This document shows, piece after piece, positions 1-12,901 of a DNA stretch of 64,000 nt; positions within the stretch are counted from its first letter, which is position 1; every line of letters begins with the position of its first letter. Source of the stretch: Octopus vulgaris (lineage: Eukaryota); contig OX597827.1 of the NCBI GenBank assembly GCA_951406725.2, positions 52,700,001-52,764,000 on the forward strand, written 5' to 3'. The notes beneath the pieces were generated by a model. The model was not told where the DNA came from and searched no databases. It saw nothing but the letters and a program-made list of their open reading frames with translations. The position numbers and the translations under genes are program-made.

Positions 1-59
1 TTAGACATTGATGACTATAGATGTGAGAGAGTTAATTGTGAATAGCTTTTCTTTTCTCT

Positions 60-440
60 TTCTCTCTTTTATTCTTTTACTTGAATCAGTCATTTGACTG
101 TGGCTATGCTGGAGAGCCACCTTAAAGGGTTTTAGTTGAAGAAATAGACCCCAAGTCTTATTCTTTGTAAGTCTAGTACTAATTATATTGGTTTCTTTTG
201 CCAAACCACAAAGTTACAGGAACATAAACACACCAGCATCAGTTGTCAAGCGATGATGAGGGGCAAATACAAACCCACACACACACAAATATATATATAT
301 ACATGACAGACTTCTTACAGTTTCTGTCTATCAAATCCACTCACAAGGCTTAGGCCGGCCTGAAGCTATAGTAGAAGACTGAACCTGGAATCATGTGGTT
401 GGTAAGCAAGATTTGTACCATACAGCCATGCTTGAGCCTA
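60..440 (-). mobile_element. tRNA-derived SINE, family A
   Basis: Shares body blocks (cagtcatttgactg.ggc.atgctggag; aaatccactcacaaggct) with copies at 6.5, 33.6, 46.7, 59.5 and 61.1 kb; central (CA)/(TA) tract. Confidence 0.8.
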
Positions 441-559
441 TACTGTAAGAAATCAATCTATTCTTGATTGCCTTTTGAAAGTTCATGTTAGAAAGGTGTT
501 GTTTAGTCTCCACTTAAACTCTGAAATAAAGAAGGCAGCCTGGTTGTAACCCCTCTCCA

Positions 560-906
560 ACACTTTCCCCCCTGACATGAACTGGTACTCTGTCAGTTAT
601 GATGATGAGGGTTCCAGCTGATCCAATCCACAGAACAGCCTGCTCATGATATTAACATGCAATTGGTTGAATACTCTACAGATACCTGTACCCATAACAT
701 AGTTCTCAGGGAGATTCAGTGTGGCACAGAATGTGATGGGGATGACTCTTTGAAACATAGGCACTACTCATTTTTACCAGATGAGTGAACTGCAGCAACA
801 TGAAATAAAAGAGTATTGCTCAAGGACAACATACACTGCTGGGAATCAAACTCCTGACCTTATGTTCATGAACCTAATATCCTAACCACTAAGCCATGCA
901 CCTTCA
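560..906 (-). mobile_element. tRNA-derived SINE, family C
   Basis: Minus strand begins gaaggtgcatggcttagtggttagg...gagtttgattccc (A/B-box-like); body homologous to 27285-27588. Confidence 0.7.
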
Positions 907-2344
907 TTATCCTGACATAGTGTTATATAGGCCTATAATATCCAATATGTACTTACTATTCTAAGATGGTAGAATATTAGTTGAAGGCAATTAAGCTCTT
1001 ATTTCAAGTTGATTGACCAACATAAGAGAATGATTTTTCATATCAAAAGCAATGCAAAGATTAACTAACATCATCATTCCTAAAAGTTAATAGTAATGTT
1101 AATAATGAATCACTTAATGAAGTGTGCAAGAGAATTTTAATTAATGAAGACCCTCACTGCAATAAGGGGAGGAAAACATAGATCAACATACAATTCTTAT
1201 TGAAAAAGTTTCCAATTCACAATCAATTGAAATTAGAATTATGTATGTGGTAAGGATAAAAACAACAAAACATTAGCACAAGAAATGATATTAAATTAAT
1301 CTGATTTTTGATAAGCATGGCGACAACTATGGACATGTTTTGCTCTTTTAGACCTCCTCAGCAAAGTGTAGTTTTCAACCTACTTACCAGATCAGTAATA
1401 ATAAAATTAACATATGCAGCACATGGATTAACATAACAGTATAACATAATGAGTGAGGAAAATTGCCTAGGGATGTCATGTGTACAGAATACAATTAGTT
1501 AAGTCAGTATTAAGACTTCTCACAGCAAAGAGAGGAAAGCATTAGCTCAAAGCTTAAATCTGTTTGAGACAGCATGTATAACATCTTCAAAACCTAAAGT
1601 AATCAAAATGTTTCAAAATTAGACTAGAATTGATTGGAGTTGTCAATATGTTTGCAAAATATCAGTGTTTGTGCTAATGTTTGTTATTCCTTCCTTCACA
1701 GCATGAGTAATTCTTATGCTGAAAAATATTTGATAAACATTTATCCATTCACATACACATATATTAAGATGAATGTGGTTATATGCTGCTGTTAACTACT
1801 GAACCTTCCGTGCTCATTTATGTAGTATCACCATCTGTTAGTTGATATAGGTAGAAATTGTTCTCCAGCAGAGATATGCCACCTGTTATGACAGGGACCT
1901 GACACTATAAGTAACTCCTTGACAGGCTGCTGGGAAGTCTTCCCATGGCCACCAGCTTCAAGCTGGGCTACTTCGGAGAAATCAAAGTAGGGATTAGCAA
2001 CAGCCGTGGGCTGCTGTTTGTTCTTCCCTTCTGCTCACAACTGGAGATCCAGTAAAGGTAAATTGAATAACCTCTACCAATCAAAATAATAATTAAAAAA
2101 ATTTTTCTGTTCTGTTTATTGCATTAATTCTCAACCATTTTTGGTTTACACCCAAGTGGATGGAAAGAAGTCATCTTCAATCTGGAGACCTGGCTTCAAA
2201 GTTAACAGCAGGAAGAACTCTACTAAAGAAATCCAAGGACCAAATACTGGAATTAAACAGAAACTCTGCCTGTAAGATACCACCTTACAAGAGTTCAAGC
2301 CGAACATCATCGACTACACATGTTTTGATAGTGTGGGAGTGTCC

Positions 2345-3582
2345 TCCGGGCAATAACAGAGGAATTCAAGACAGGATACCCCTGGGAGCTTCTCTATGCT
2401 GATGACCTTGCTCTAATTGCTGAGTCACTATCAGAACTAGAGGAGAAGTTTCAAGTGTGGAAACAAGGATTAGAATCGAAGAGCCTTAGAGTGAATCTAG
2501 CAAAAATCAAAGTCTTAATAAGTAGGAAGGCAGACAAACCACAAATCCCTTCAGGTAGATGGCCCTGCTCGATCTGTAGAAAAGGCATAGATAGAAACAC
2601 CATAAGATGTACCCGGTGTAAGCTATGGACAGATAAGAGGTGCAGCAATATCAAAGAAAGGCTAACTGGGAAGATAGTTTTTGCATGTGGCAAATGCTCA
2701 GGAGCAATAAACACTGAAAAGGTGCAGAATTCTGTCACATTCCAGGGGGAAAAACTACAGGTAGTTGATAGCTTCCATTACCTAGGTGACCAAGTCAGTA
2801 GTGGCGGTAGATGCTCTGAGAGTGTAGCTGCTATAATAAGAATAGCCTAGGCAAGGTTCAGAGAGCTCCTACCTCTAGTCATGTGTTGCATATGGATGAA
2901 GATAGCTGTGTGAAAAAGTGTTCACACCCTAGTAGTAGAGGGAACCTGTGGAAGAGGTAGTCCTAGGAAGACCTGGGATGAGGTGGTGAAGCATAACCTT
3001 CGAATGTTGGGCCTCACCAAGGTGATGACAAGTGATCGAGACCTTTGGAGATATGCTGTGACTGAGAAGACTCGGCAAGCCAAGTGAGACCATAATCGTG
3101 ACCTATGCCAGAGCAGCATAACCAGCCCATTTAAGAGTACACTTCAATCATTGGGCAATAAACTGTGCTTGCGAAGACCTGTTGAGGCAAGTGAAATCAT
3201 TGTCATGACCGATGACAGTACTGCCTGATTGGCACCTGTGCCACAGGCACGTAAAAAGCGCCATTTGAGAGTGATTGTTGCTGCCTGACTGGCTCCCATG
3301 CTGGTGGCACATAAAAAGCACCATTTGAGCGTGGTCAATGCCTGAGCTGGCTGACTGGTCTCGTGATGGTGGCACATAAAAAGTACCATTCAAGCATGGT
3401 CAATGCCAGTACCACCCGACTGGCCCTCATGCTGGTGGCATGTAAAAAGCACCCACTACACTCTCAGAGTGGTTGGTGTTGGGAAGGGCTTCCAGCCTGG
3501 TGCAGTCTTCTGGCTTACCAGCCTTCAGTCAAACTGTTCAACCTGTGCCAGCTTGGAAAGCGGACGTTAAACGGCAATGATG
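2345..3582 (+). mobile_element. RTE-clade non-LTR retrotransposon, 5'-truncated and internally deleted (RT C-terminus, Cys-rich region, 3' UTR)
   Basis: Translates PWELLYADDLALIAES (RT YADD), LRVNLAKIKV, VDSFHYLG; stop at 2848-2850; jumps at ~2878 to GRGSPRKTWDEVV; 3' UTR with tandem tggcac.taaaaagc units and gatgat tail. Confidence 0.9.
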
Positions 3583-6511
3583 ATAAATACATACATACAT
3601 ACATGTACACAGACACACACACACACATCTATGTACATATACATTTGATCACTATGAACAAATTATGTGTGCCGGTTGTTCAACAAGAAATTGCAGAACC
3701 CTCATATGTTGTCTATGACAAGAGTTCATGATATATATACACAAACAATTTACTTTTCTGTAAGATCAACAAAAAAGTACTCTATCTGGTGAGAGATAAA
3801 TATTGTTTAATGTACAAAGTATACTGTTATGAGCTACTAATAGTTTCATACATTGGAGATGTTGTCAAGGCAGGTTTTAATAACACACCTAGTGTTTCTA
3901 GCAATCTCTGTAGTCTGAGCACATGACCTATACAAATTACAAATCGGCACAATAGAACAAAAGAAATCGCGGAAAAAAAAATGAGGAAAGTGGATGCAAA
4001 AAGTGAAAGGGTGAAAAAAATGGAAGAAATTAGGAGAAAAAGAAGAAAGAGAATTAGAGCTATGTTGCCTTTGGCTGTAAAGCCATAAAGCTAGTTGGAG
4101 TAGAATCAATGGAAGAAGTCAAAAGTCTGTAATACAGCTGCTCAATCCAGAGACAATGGGTTCTCCAGTCTGTTATATGCCAAGAAACTTGTCCATGTTT
4201 GGATTTGCAAATAATTTCTGATCTGGAATTCAGCTGTGCAGTGAAAGTCTTAGATCTAAAAAGGATATGCAATCTTTCAGCTATACATAACTAGCTTTTG
4301 TAGAGCCATTAACATATGGCATGGAATTTTCTATAATTTTCCACTTGATTATATATATTGCCATACCTGTAGCTGTCCCACCAGGTTCAATAAATATTAC
4401 CTTTAATTTGTTTCAGTTGAGGCACTGATTACCTAAAGAACTTACCCTGAAATCAATAAACCACAAATGCAATTTGTAAAATCTAAAAGAATTCTTTAAT
4501 TTCTTTTTGAAATTAGAGGCATTGATTAACGAGTATTGAACAGTATATTTTCTAGGGGTGCGAGTGGTGGAATCTTTGATAATAATATATTACTGGAAAT
4601 TATGTCATTGGCTGCAAAGAGATATGAACACAGACACTGAAGTTGACAAAAGAAATCATCTAGTCCAAACAGTTAAAGTACTATTACTCCTGCTGTTGTT
4701 TAAAATATATTAGCGACAAAGGCGGTATTAATATTGGGAGGTAATATTTATCCCCACAAACAAGCATGCATTCTGCACTAAAAGCCAATGAGAGTTTCTT
4801 TCATGGTATCTGCCACGGTAAAGTTTGTTCTTACAGAACATTTATGTTTAAGTGGAGATGAATATTACCTATCTATTGTTGTTGTTTTTGTATCAAGACT
4901 TTATGGTTTTCCTGTATTATTGTTATTTTTCTTTCTATCAACCTTGAAATGTATTAAAAAAAAGGAGAGAACAAAGTTAATCTAGGCAAGATTTGAGATT
5001 TCTCACATTGATGTAAGGCAGTAAATTTTGTTTGGACTGACACAATTACATGATTTGTAATCATTTTATGGATCCTTGATTTTATGGACTGGAAAATTCT
5101 GACTTAATCAAGACCTGTTTCTCATACTTAGCATATGCATGCACACACACACACACACACACAAACACAAAAAGAGCACATTTTCATAATAGACATTTGC
5201 TACCATTATGAAGTGTCAACTAGAATACTATTTTAGGTACATATTCATTTTTAATCTTTTGTTGGCACAACAAAAGGATTGGCCACAAAAACAGTATTAT
5301 TATTATTTTCCTACGTTTCTGGAGCACAAAACATATTTACAGTGTGCACAGGTTCATGGATGCATGTTATTAGCATTTGTGTTACCGAAACTTGGATCTT
5401 TAGATTTTGCTTGTGTCCTATTCTTGGGAATAACATTTATTCAGGTGTTCATAGGAAAAGAAATAAAGGTTTATTTTGTGAGGGATGAAAGTATTACGAC
5501 TGAGGGGCATTAATTATCTCAACCTATCAGACTGAAAGAAAGAGAAAGAGCATATGCACACTCGCAAGAGAGAAATGTGCGTATGTATTAAAACTATTAG
5601 AAGAGTTAAATGATAAGGTTGTTTAAGATTTTTAAAACTATTTTATTAAGTTCTGGAACTAGGTAACCGCTTCCCCAGCAATCACATTTCCATCTAAGAA
5701 AGATTAAAATGTCTATATATAACTTTAATATTTATTTGACTACCTCAGAACTAAGCCATTTATCCACTTTCTATCTGAAATAGTATTCTAGTCGATAACA
5801 GATTTCATATCTTTCTATGGAATAAATCTATAGATTTTAGCCATTACTGCATTTATAAACTAAATAAATTTTGTAGTTTCATTGAAGAGCCATAGACAAC
5901 TCTTAGGTTTATACAATTTCACTGTGGGCAGAAAATAAAAGAAAGAATATTGACTAGACCAGGTTTGGCCAATTCGAATTACATTGCAGGCCACTTTAAT
6001 CACAGAAAGTTTTCGAGGGCCACTTGTAAACTGATAAAATTGAAAGTATTTTGCTTTCTCATGCTATTATTACAATAAGAAATGAATTATTGTTGATTCA
6101 ACATGAATTATTGTTGCAAGAGCAGTAGTATCTTTTTTTTTTTTTTTACTTTTCATTACAATTTTTAATTTTTGATAAAATTTTTTAAATGTTTGTTTAA
6201 ATAAACCCATTTCAAGAAAGTATTAAGCAGGCCTCAGGTTGGTTAGACTAATGTTTCAAATGTGTTTAGATTCTCACCAGTAATCAACTGTCCTACTCTA
6301 AACTGACCATTGTGAAATTGTATTTAAAGCCACTTATATTAGATGCTTTATTAAACCAAAGGATCAATAACTTGGTATCTAGGAATCAAAGACAGGAATA
6401 CAGGTATCAGTGATTGGTATATAGTATCAATAATTTGGTATATAAGCATAAATGATTTCATATGCATCAAATAATGATGTGATATTCGTTATTTTACAAT
6501 AATTTGATAAC

Positions 6512-6720
6512 TCTTTACTCTTTTACTTGTTTCAGTCATTTGACTGCGGCCATGCTGGAGCACCGCCTTTAATCGAGCAACTCAACCCCGGGACTTATTC
6601 TTTTGTAAGCCCAGTACTTATTCTATCGGTCCCTTTTGCTGAACCGCTAAGTAACGGGGACATAAACACACCAGCATCGGTTGTCAAGCAATGCTAGGGG
6701 GACAAACACAGACACACACA

Positions 6721-6767
<47 letters not shown>

Positions 6768-6872
6768 GACGGGCTTCTAACAGTTTCCGTCTACCAAATC
6801 CACTCACAAGGCTTTGGTCGGCCCGAGGCTATAGTAGAAGACACTTGCCCAAGGTGCCACAAAGTGGGACTG
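6512..6872 (-). mobile_element. SINE family A, CpG-intact copy lacking most of the head
   Basis: ctcttttacttgtttcagtcatttgactgcggccatgctggagcaccgcc...acttgcccaaggtgccac; internal (TA)n. Confidence 0.85.
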
Positions 6873-7825
6873 ATAAGTCAACTTTTGCATTAAATTTACA
6901 CATCACTCAATGATCCGATATATTTTTTTTCTTCTGTGATCAAATATTTGATATGCAGTTCTCACCATTATGTTAATTTAATATATTTGTTTTTTACAGC
7001 TAACCAAACAAAAAACCAGTTTTATAACAACGGTCATAGTGACCATCAGCTTACAGAATTTTTATCCACTCTTTAATCATCATCACCATCAATCTCCTTT
7101 ATCTTGCCTCTCCATCTCAACATCTAAAATAGGTCAACAACTTGATCAATTTAAGTGTATTCATTGGTGCATGATAACCTGAGTAATGACTTCACAACCA
7201 AAATTACTTTTACGGAAAATAGTTATAGAAGTTATAATGTTATAGAAGCTACATTCTTTATAGCAGAAGGCTGCTCTGAATTTATTGTGCTAGTTTCATT
7301 TTCTGTTTCAAATAATTTTTCAGTTTCAAATACAATACTTTACCAAGTTTCATGCTTATAAAACTTCAAAAGTAGCGAATACTACTAGTGAAACGGACTC
7401 ATTAGACCATCCCATTAAGTCATTCCATGTTTCTAACTTAAGAGGTTTCTTTTACGCATCTATTGCCTTTGATTCCTATATATAAGAAAAGCAAAAAAGA
7501 GAAACTGCTAGTATTATAAGGGCTGACCGGCTAAAAATCACTTTGATGTTTCCCAACAAAGATTCTAACAATCCTTGTTCGCTCATAAACATTTCTTATA
7601 TAAAAGTTATATAGATCCAATCAACTTTATTCGGTTTATGATGTGGTAGGCAGAGATCACATGGATACGGAGTTAATAGCACTTAGCTACAAACACAATG
7701 TTGCCGACCACAATGACAACCAGATAATCAGGTTATTGACCACAGTATAACAATCATTCCATTGGATTATATATATAATCCAAAGGAATGATTGTTACAC
7801 TGTGGTCTATGTATATGTATATTGC

Positions 7826-7983
7826 GATTTTTTTCCCTTTGTCTTCCCTTCACCTATGTTTCCGACGAAGAGCTCCACTCGAAACGTTAAACCCTCCTTC
7901 TTCCCTTCTTTCCTGAGCGTCCAATAATACTATATTTGTTCCACGTCCTCGTGTTTTTTTTGTGTTTTCTTGTTTGGATTAAC

Positions 7984-7985
<2 letters not shown>
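7826..7985 (+). mobile_element. Short Penelope-like/retrozyme-like repeat with a minimal hammerhead-like motif, next to (TA)n
   Basis: ccgacga-a-gag-ctcca-ctc-gaaa-cgtta at 7862-7889; similar layout at 54072-54226 and 59905-60010 (minus), all abutting (TA)n. Confidence 0.55.
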
Positions 7986-8016
<31 letters not shown>

Positions 8017-8029
8017 ATTAGAGATAAAA

Positions 8030-8097
<68 letters not shown>
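7984..8097. repeat. (TA)n and (CA)n microsatellites
   Basis: Direct reading. Confidence 0.95.
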
Positions 8098-8098
<1 letters not shown>

Positions 8099-8599
8099 AA
8101 GATGGACAATCAGTTATATATGCCGTTAAAGCATATATAAAAAGATTAAAAAGATCTTGCATAAATATTTGGTGAAGGAAAAGTCCTTGTGAGTGTGTGT
8201 AAATGTAGGACTACAAAAACTGAAGTCTACACACACACACAAAATAATAATAATAATAATAATAATGGCGGGTGTGGGTTAACAAGATTATGGAAGTAGA
8301 GCATTCTCGCATTAAGTTTTGGGTGACAGATTGGTAAGACAAACGTTAGAAAGATATACAATTTATAAAGAAAATAGAAAGAAAAAAAAACTTGCCTAAC
8401 AACTCAATTTGTGCATATATCAATATCATGTCTAATTACATACCCCATCCCCAACACCACCATCATCATCATCATCAAAACATACACATTAAGAATGTAG
8501 AATTTAGAAAGAAGTATCTTGATTATTATTCAACTACTTGATACAATTATTTGTTTGGAGCAGACGTCTATTTTGTCTCTTATGACTCCTAGATCTACT

Positions 8600-11300
8600 C
8601 ATTTCTCATTTCAGAAATACTTGCTTCTGAGACGAAGGGCGTTGTACGGAATATTTTGTCTCATTATTTGTTTGATATCACAGCACAGCATACATTCGAG
8701 TTTTTATTCACACACACAGACTGATAAAAAAAAAAAAAAAAAAAAGATTGCTTTCAGATCGAGGGGAAAATAAAATAAAGTCGGGAAACTGTATAATCAA
8801 TATCTAGACCTATATTCTTTGGGTGAGAAAGGGATAGAGTGATGAGAAAACAGAGTTTTGGAGAACAGGGTTAGTAGGGGAAGACAACTACAAATGAAGC
8901 TGGATCACACGCGAACACATATAGGCAGGCATACCTCAGCTTACGTCGGTAATTGATGCCAAAACGGCGTAACATGAAAGAAAATTAAGAAAAAAGTTTA
9001 ATAGCTTATATTTGTTTCAGTATATAATTTGTACATATTTTCAGACATATTTTGATTTGTACACTCCAATGTTATTCTTAAGAGCCTTTGCTTTAAATTT
9101 TCAAGCAAGACAAAGTCGCATAAATGGACTGAAGCTAAGGCTTATTTTTAGCATTAAATTCTCAAAAATAAATAAATAAAATAAAAGACAACTCGAAACG
9201 ACGTAAGTTTAAATATGCCTCTGTTTGTGTGTGTGTATCTCTCTCGCTCTCATATATATATATATATATATATAAATGAGAGAGAGGTGACATAATTACT
9301 GAGAAAAGGAGTAGAGGGGTGGAAAGGAAATAAGGAAGAAGGAAATAAAAAATGAAAAGCAGAAGGCAGGAAACAAGAAAGCAGACAGTGAAAGAAAACA
9401 GAAGCGAAACAGAAGTGATACAGTGGATGACAATAGTAAACAATATGATTAAAAGCAATAAACAATGCAGCCTGCGATATTTATTTAAATAGATTAATAA
9501 ACAATTAATTCATTAATTATTCATAAGAAATGAATGTGTTGAGGTAGACTAAAATTTGTTTATGTCTCATAGTAGCAAATTCAACATCAAATAGCTTATC
9601 GATCGAGAAATAGCTGGTAGACACACACATTTCACATACATGTCTATATTGCTCTGCCAGGACAAGTGCTCGAAGCGTTAAATTCCTCCATTTCTCGCGG
9701 CAAACCAAGTAAACAAAACCTTCCCGTAAATAATTTTTGCGCACGCAGGCCACCACCACCACCAACCAATTTCCTTGGACTTCACCATGTATGTAGATAG
9801 TGGCTAGTCCTGTAAGAAAATAGCTTACTGTTTGTCCACTTATCGTTTCTCTAACTACTGTCCGTATATAATTTGACCATCCATCAGGCTGAGAGACAAT
9901 AAGTATTGTTATATACTTGGGGATGGTCGTGTGTTTAATTAGCAAAATATAACCATCCCCAAAATATAACTATGTCTGTTTCAACGTATGATTTCACATC
10001 AAGAATCTTGCAAAACAAATACATAAAAGCGCGTGCACACGTGTGTGTGTGTGTGTATGTGTGTGTGTGTGTGAGTATGTATGTATGCATGTATGTGTGC
10101 ATGTATGTATGTATGTATGTGTGCATGTATGTATGTATAAAAATAAAATCTCTCTTGAATGACGCTCTACATTGGTAAAAAAAGATATTAGGTTAGTCAG
10201 AGTTACACAACATCAGAAAAACAACGGGATGGACACGGCTGGAATACCTTTGATCATGCCTGTTCGACCAAAGGTGATCTAGAATTAAACAAGCTACTAA
10301 CCAATATCTTTAGACGACAACTTAACCTGCTACAGAATAGCAAACAAATCTCATTTAAATCACACCTTATTGGAAAAATCATTACAAAATATAGTCTTGG
10401 ATATATGACAATGGACAAAAAAATCAAACAAAAAAAAACAGGATGGTCACAGGTGGAACGGCATTGATCTTAGGTTTACTTGACGAGGTATTATGACTTG
10501 GGGCTAAACATTGTGATATATATAATAAGTGACAGGTAAATACAAAAATTGGAGGAGGCAAGCAAATATAAACATAAACAAACGGCAGGTAAACAATTAG
10601 ATACGGAGAGAACTTTACCGTGTTTAATCCGACTCGATAAAAGCCAGTTGGGAAGACAAACAGTTTAGTACCATTGTTGACTGGACTGAATGTCCTAAGT
10701 TACTACTACTACGCAAGAGAAATGTGTAGGATGGTTGTGTGTGTGTGTCTGCTGGTGTACTTAGAGGAGATAAGTACTTTGCCAGCTGAATTCAGAAGGC
10801 GTGTGTGTGTGTGTGTGTGTGTTTTAAATGCGGGATGAAGACGGCGTCAGGAGATAGACTACTGACAGCTTACTAAACCATATTAACTACTTAAGCAATT
10901 TCCTCACATAAAAACACACGCGCACGGATAACTTTGCTTATAAAATTAATGCCGCCGACACCATTGCAACGGCAAACACTGTTTTAGTGAAAATAAAAAT
11001 GTCAACAAGTGGTATGTATGTTTATTAGTGAAGCTTTTTCTAACGGTGACTGCATATTGCATTGACTGAAGTGACTCTAATCAGCCCTGATCGTGCAGAC
11101 GGCCGATGACAGGGCAGTAGCCCGTACAACACACAGTTGTGTCTGTGTTGGGGATTATTAGCGAATACGTTCGGGTTACTAACGATAGAGATGTTTGATG
11201 AGAACTGTGGTTGTAGAATAGTACTTGAAAAAAAAAGCGGCAGTGTAGTATTTATTAAATATTTAGTTCGTTTTAGCCTCGTAAGTCGTGCTGGAGCACG
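8600..11300. promoter_or_regulatory. CpG-richer, SINE-poor zone; possible promoter and non-coding first exons
   Basis: Visibly more CG dinucleotides than the flanks; donor-like sites on minus (~8945 gac|gtaagc, ~10619 acg|gtaaag) and plus (~9202 and 11281 gtaagt). Confidence 0.3.
10021..10138. repeat. (GT)n/(GTAT)n compound microsatellite
   Basis: Direct reading. Confidence 0.9.
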
Positions 11301-12649
11301 AATAGTAAGTAGTCCAGTAGTGTTTATTTAGTAAGGACTAGTATTAGCGTTTTTTGTTACTAAGGACTACTAATTAATAGACTATAATAACAAAAATGCT
11401 CGTTTTCCAGTTAGCAGTGCACTAGCAGTAGTGTTTACAAGTAGGGACTTATAACTTGTGACATTTAGAGAGAAAAAAATTATATGTATAAAAAAAAACA
11501 CAAAACATTTGCATACGATTGAGAGACATTTGAAAAGAATTGCTTGTGAATTGAGTATTAGTAATATTTTAACATATATGTGTGTCGTGAGAGAGAGAGA
11601 ATAGAAAGATAAAAAGAGAAAACTGATAATTTGTAGGAGGCAGATAAGAAAAGTGTGAGATATAATAGAGGGTATACAGGAGGAACAATAAGATATAGAT
11701 GAAGAAAAAGATAAGACAGTTTGAAAAACAGATAGAGAGTGGAAGAGAGAATAAGAGTGTAAAAAAAAAAAGAGAGAGGAAAGTATGAGAAAGAATACAG
11801 GGTGAATCTAGAGACCAAAGAAATAGGATAATTGAAAAGTTGAAGTATGAGAGAGAAGCTTGTACTTATAGAAGAAATCAAACAAATCAATTATTACTAA
11901 AACTAGATATCTTTCAGTAACTTAGTGCCTCATAATTCTATTTATAAAGTACAACTGTGTTATTTTAATCACACACCAGTTAGTCATTTCAAAAACTGCT
12001 TTATGCCTATTGAAGAAACAATTATCCAAGAAGCCAGCAGTAGAGTCTCAAACTAAATTCTTTGCTACATTTGTTTTGACTTTCAGGGCTCCAAGTTCCC
12101 ACAGGATCAAGTTTCCACCCATTTGGAGCCAGTAATTTAATGGGGGTTCATTCAATCAATTACACCCTTTTCATTGTAAGAATTGGTTTTTATACCGCTT
12201 CAAAATGAATCCTTATGTAGCACTATGGTGAGTGTTCTCTCTGTAAACCCACAACACCATTGTAAAGTTGTGTCCAGAAACAGTGTTTAAATTAAAGAAG
12301 AAAAAAACAACAAAAACAAAACAAAGCAACAACAAAAAAAAACTTATCATTTTATGCTGCTTTTTCCAAGCTTGCATGGGCAAGAGAGGTTTTCTATAGC
12401 ATTTTGCTTTGCTATAAATATTGTGGTAAATAATAGAGGGAGTAGGAGAGTTGTTGATCTAAAAGTTGAGCTATTTCTTTTTACCAAATTATATTTTCTA
12501 ATTACTTACAGACAACATTGTCTTTGGAACACATTTCGAAAATCATATTTGTTTTTCTTGAGGATGCACCATTTCCGACCCTTTTTGGTTGAACACACAT
12601 ACATAACTACATACACTCACATTTATATAGTAGATATGTAATCACTGAA

Positions 12650-12901
12650 TTGAGCAGACTATTAAATGTTGTTACACACTGTTGATCACATAGTGATTTT
12701 GAAAGATGCCATCTTGCTGGTTAGGTGAGCAGGCCAACATCCCCTCTGAATGGGATGCCAGTCTGTTGCAAGCTGAGTGGATTGGAGCAATATGAAATGA
12801 AGTGTTTTGTTCATGAATTCAAAGCACTGCTGGTTGGGGAATCAAAACCATGATCTTGGAATTGTGAGTGCAAAACCTTATCCACTAAACCTCATGCCTT
12901 C
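12650..12901 (-). mobile_element. tRNA-derived SINE, family C-related, decayed
   Basis: Homologous to 31933-32205 (tgttgttacaca..g.tg.tcaca; ggaatc.aaacc..gatc). Confidence 0.65.

Noticed and set aside
3200-3460. Regularly spaced tggcac.taaaaagc repeats resembling a CRISPR array
   Set aside because: Degenerate tandem units of the RTE 3' UTR in eukaryotic DNA; the spacers are related to each other and no cas genes are present
4060-4272. 70-aa minus-strand ORF behind an acceptor-like site
   Set aside because: No recognisable motif or supporting upstream coding exon; at most a UTR or lncRNA exon
9517-9945. 142-aa minus-strand ORF, the longest non-TE ORF
   Set aside because: Non-ATG start, no recognisable domain, no clear splice boundaries
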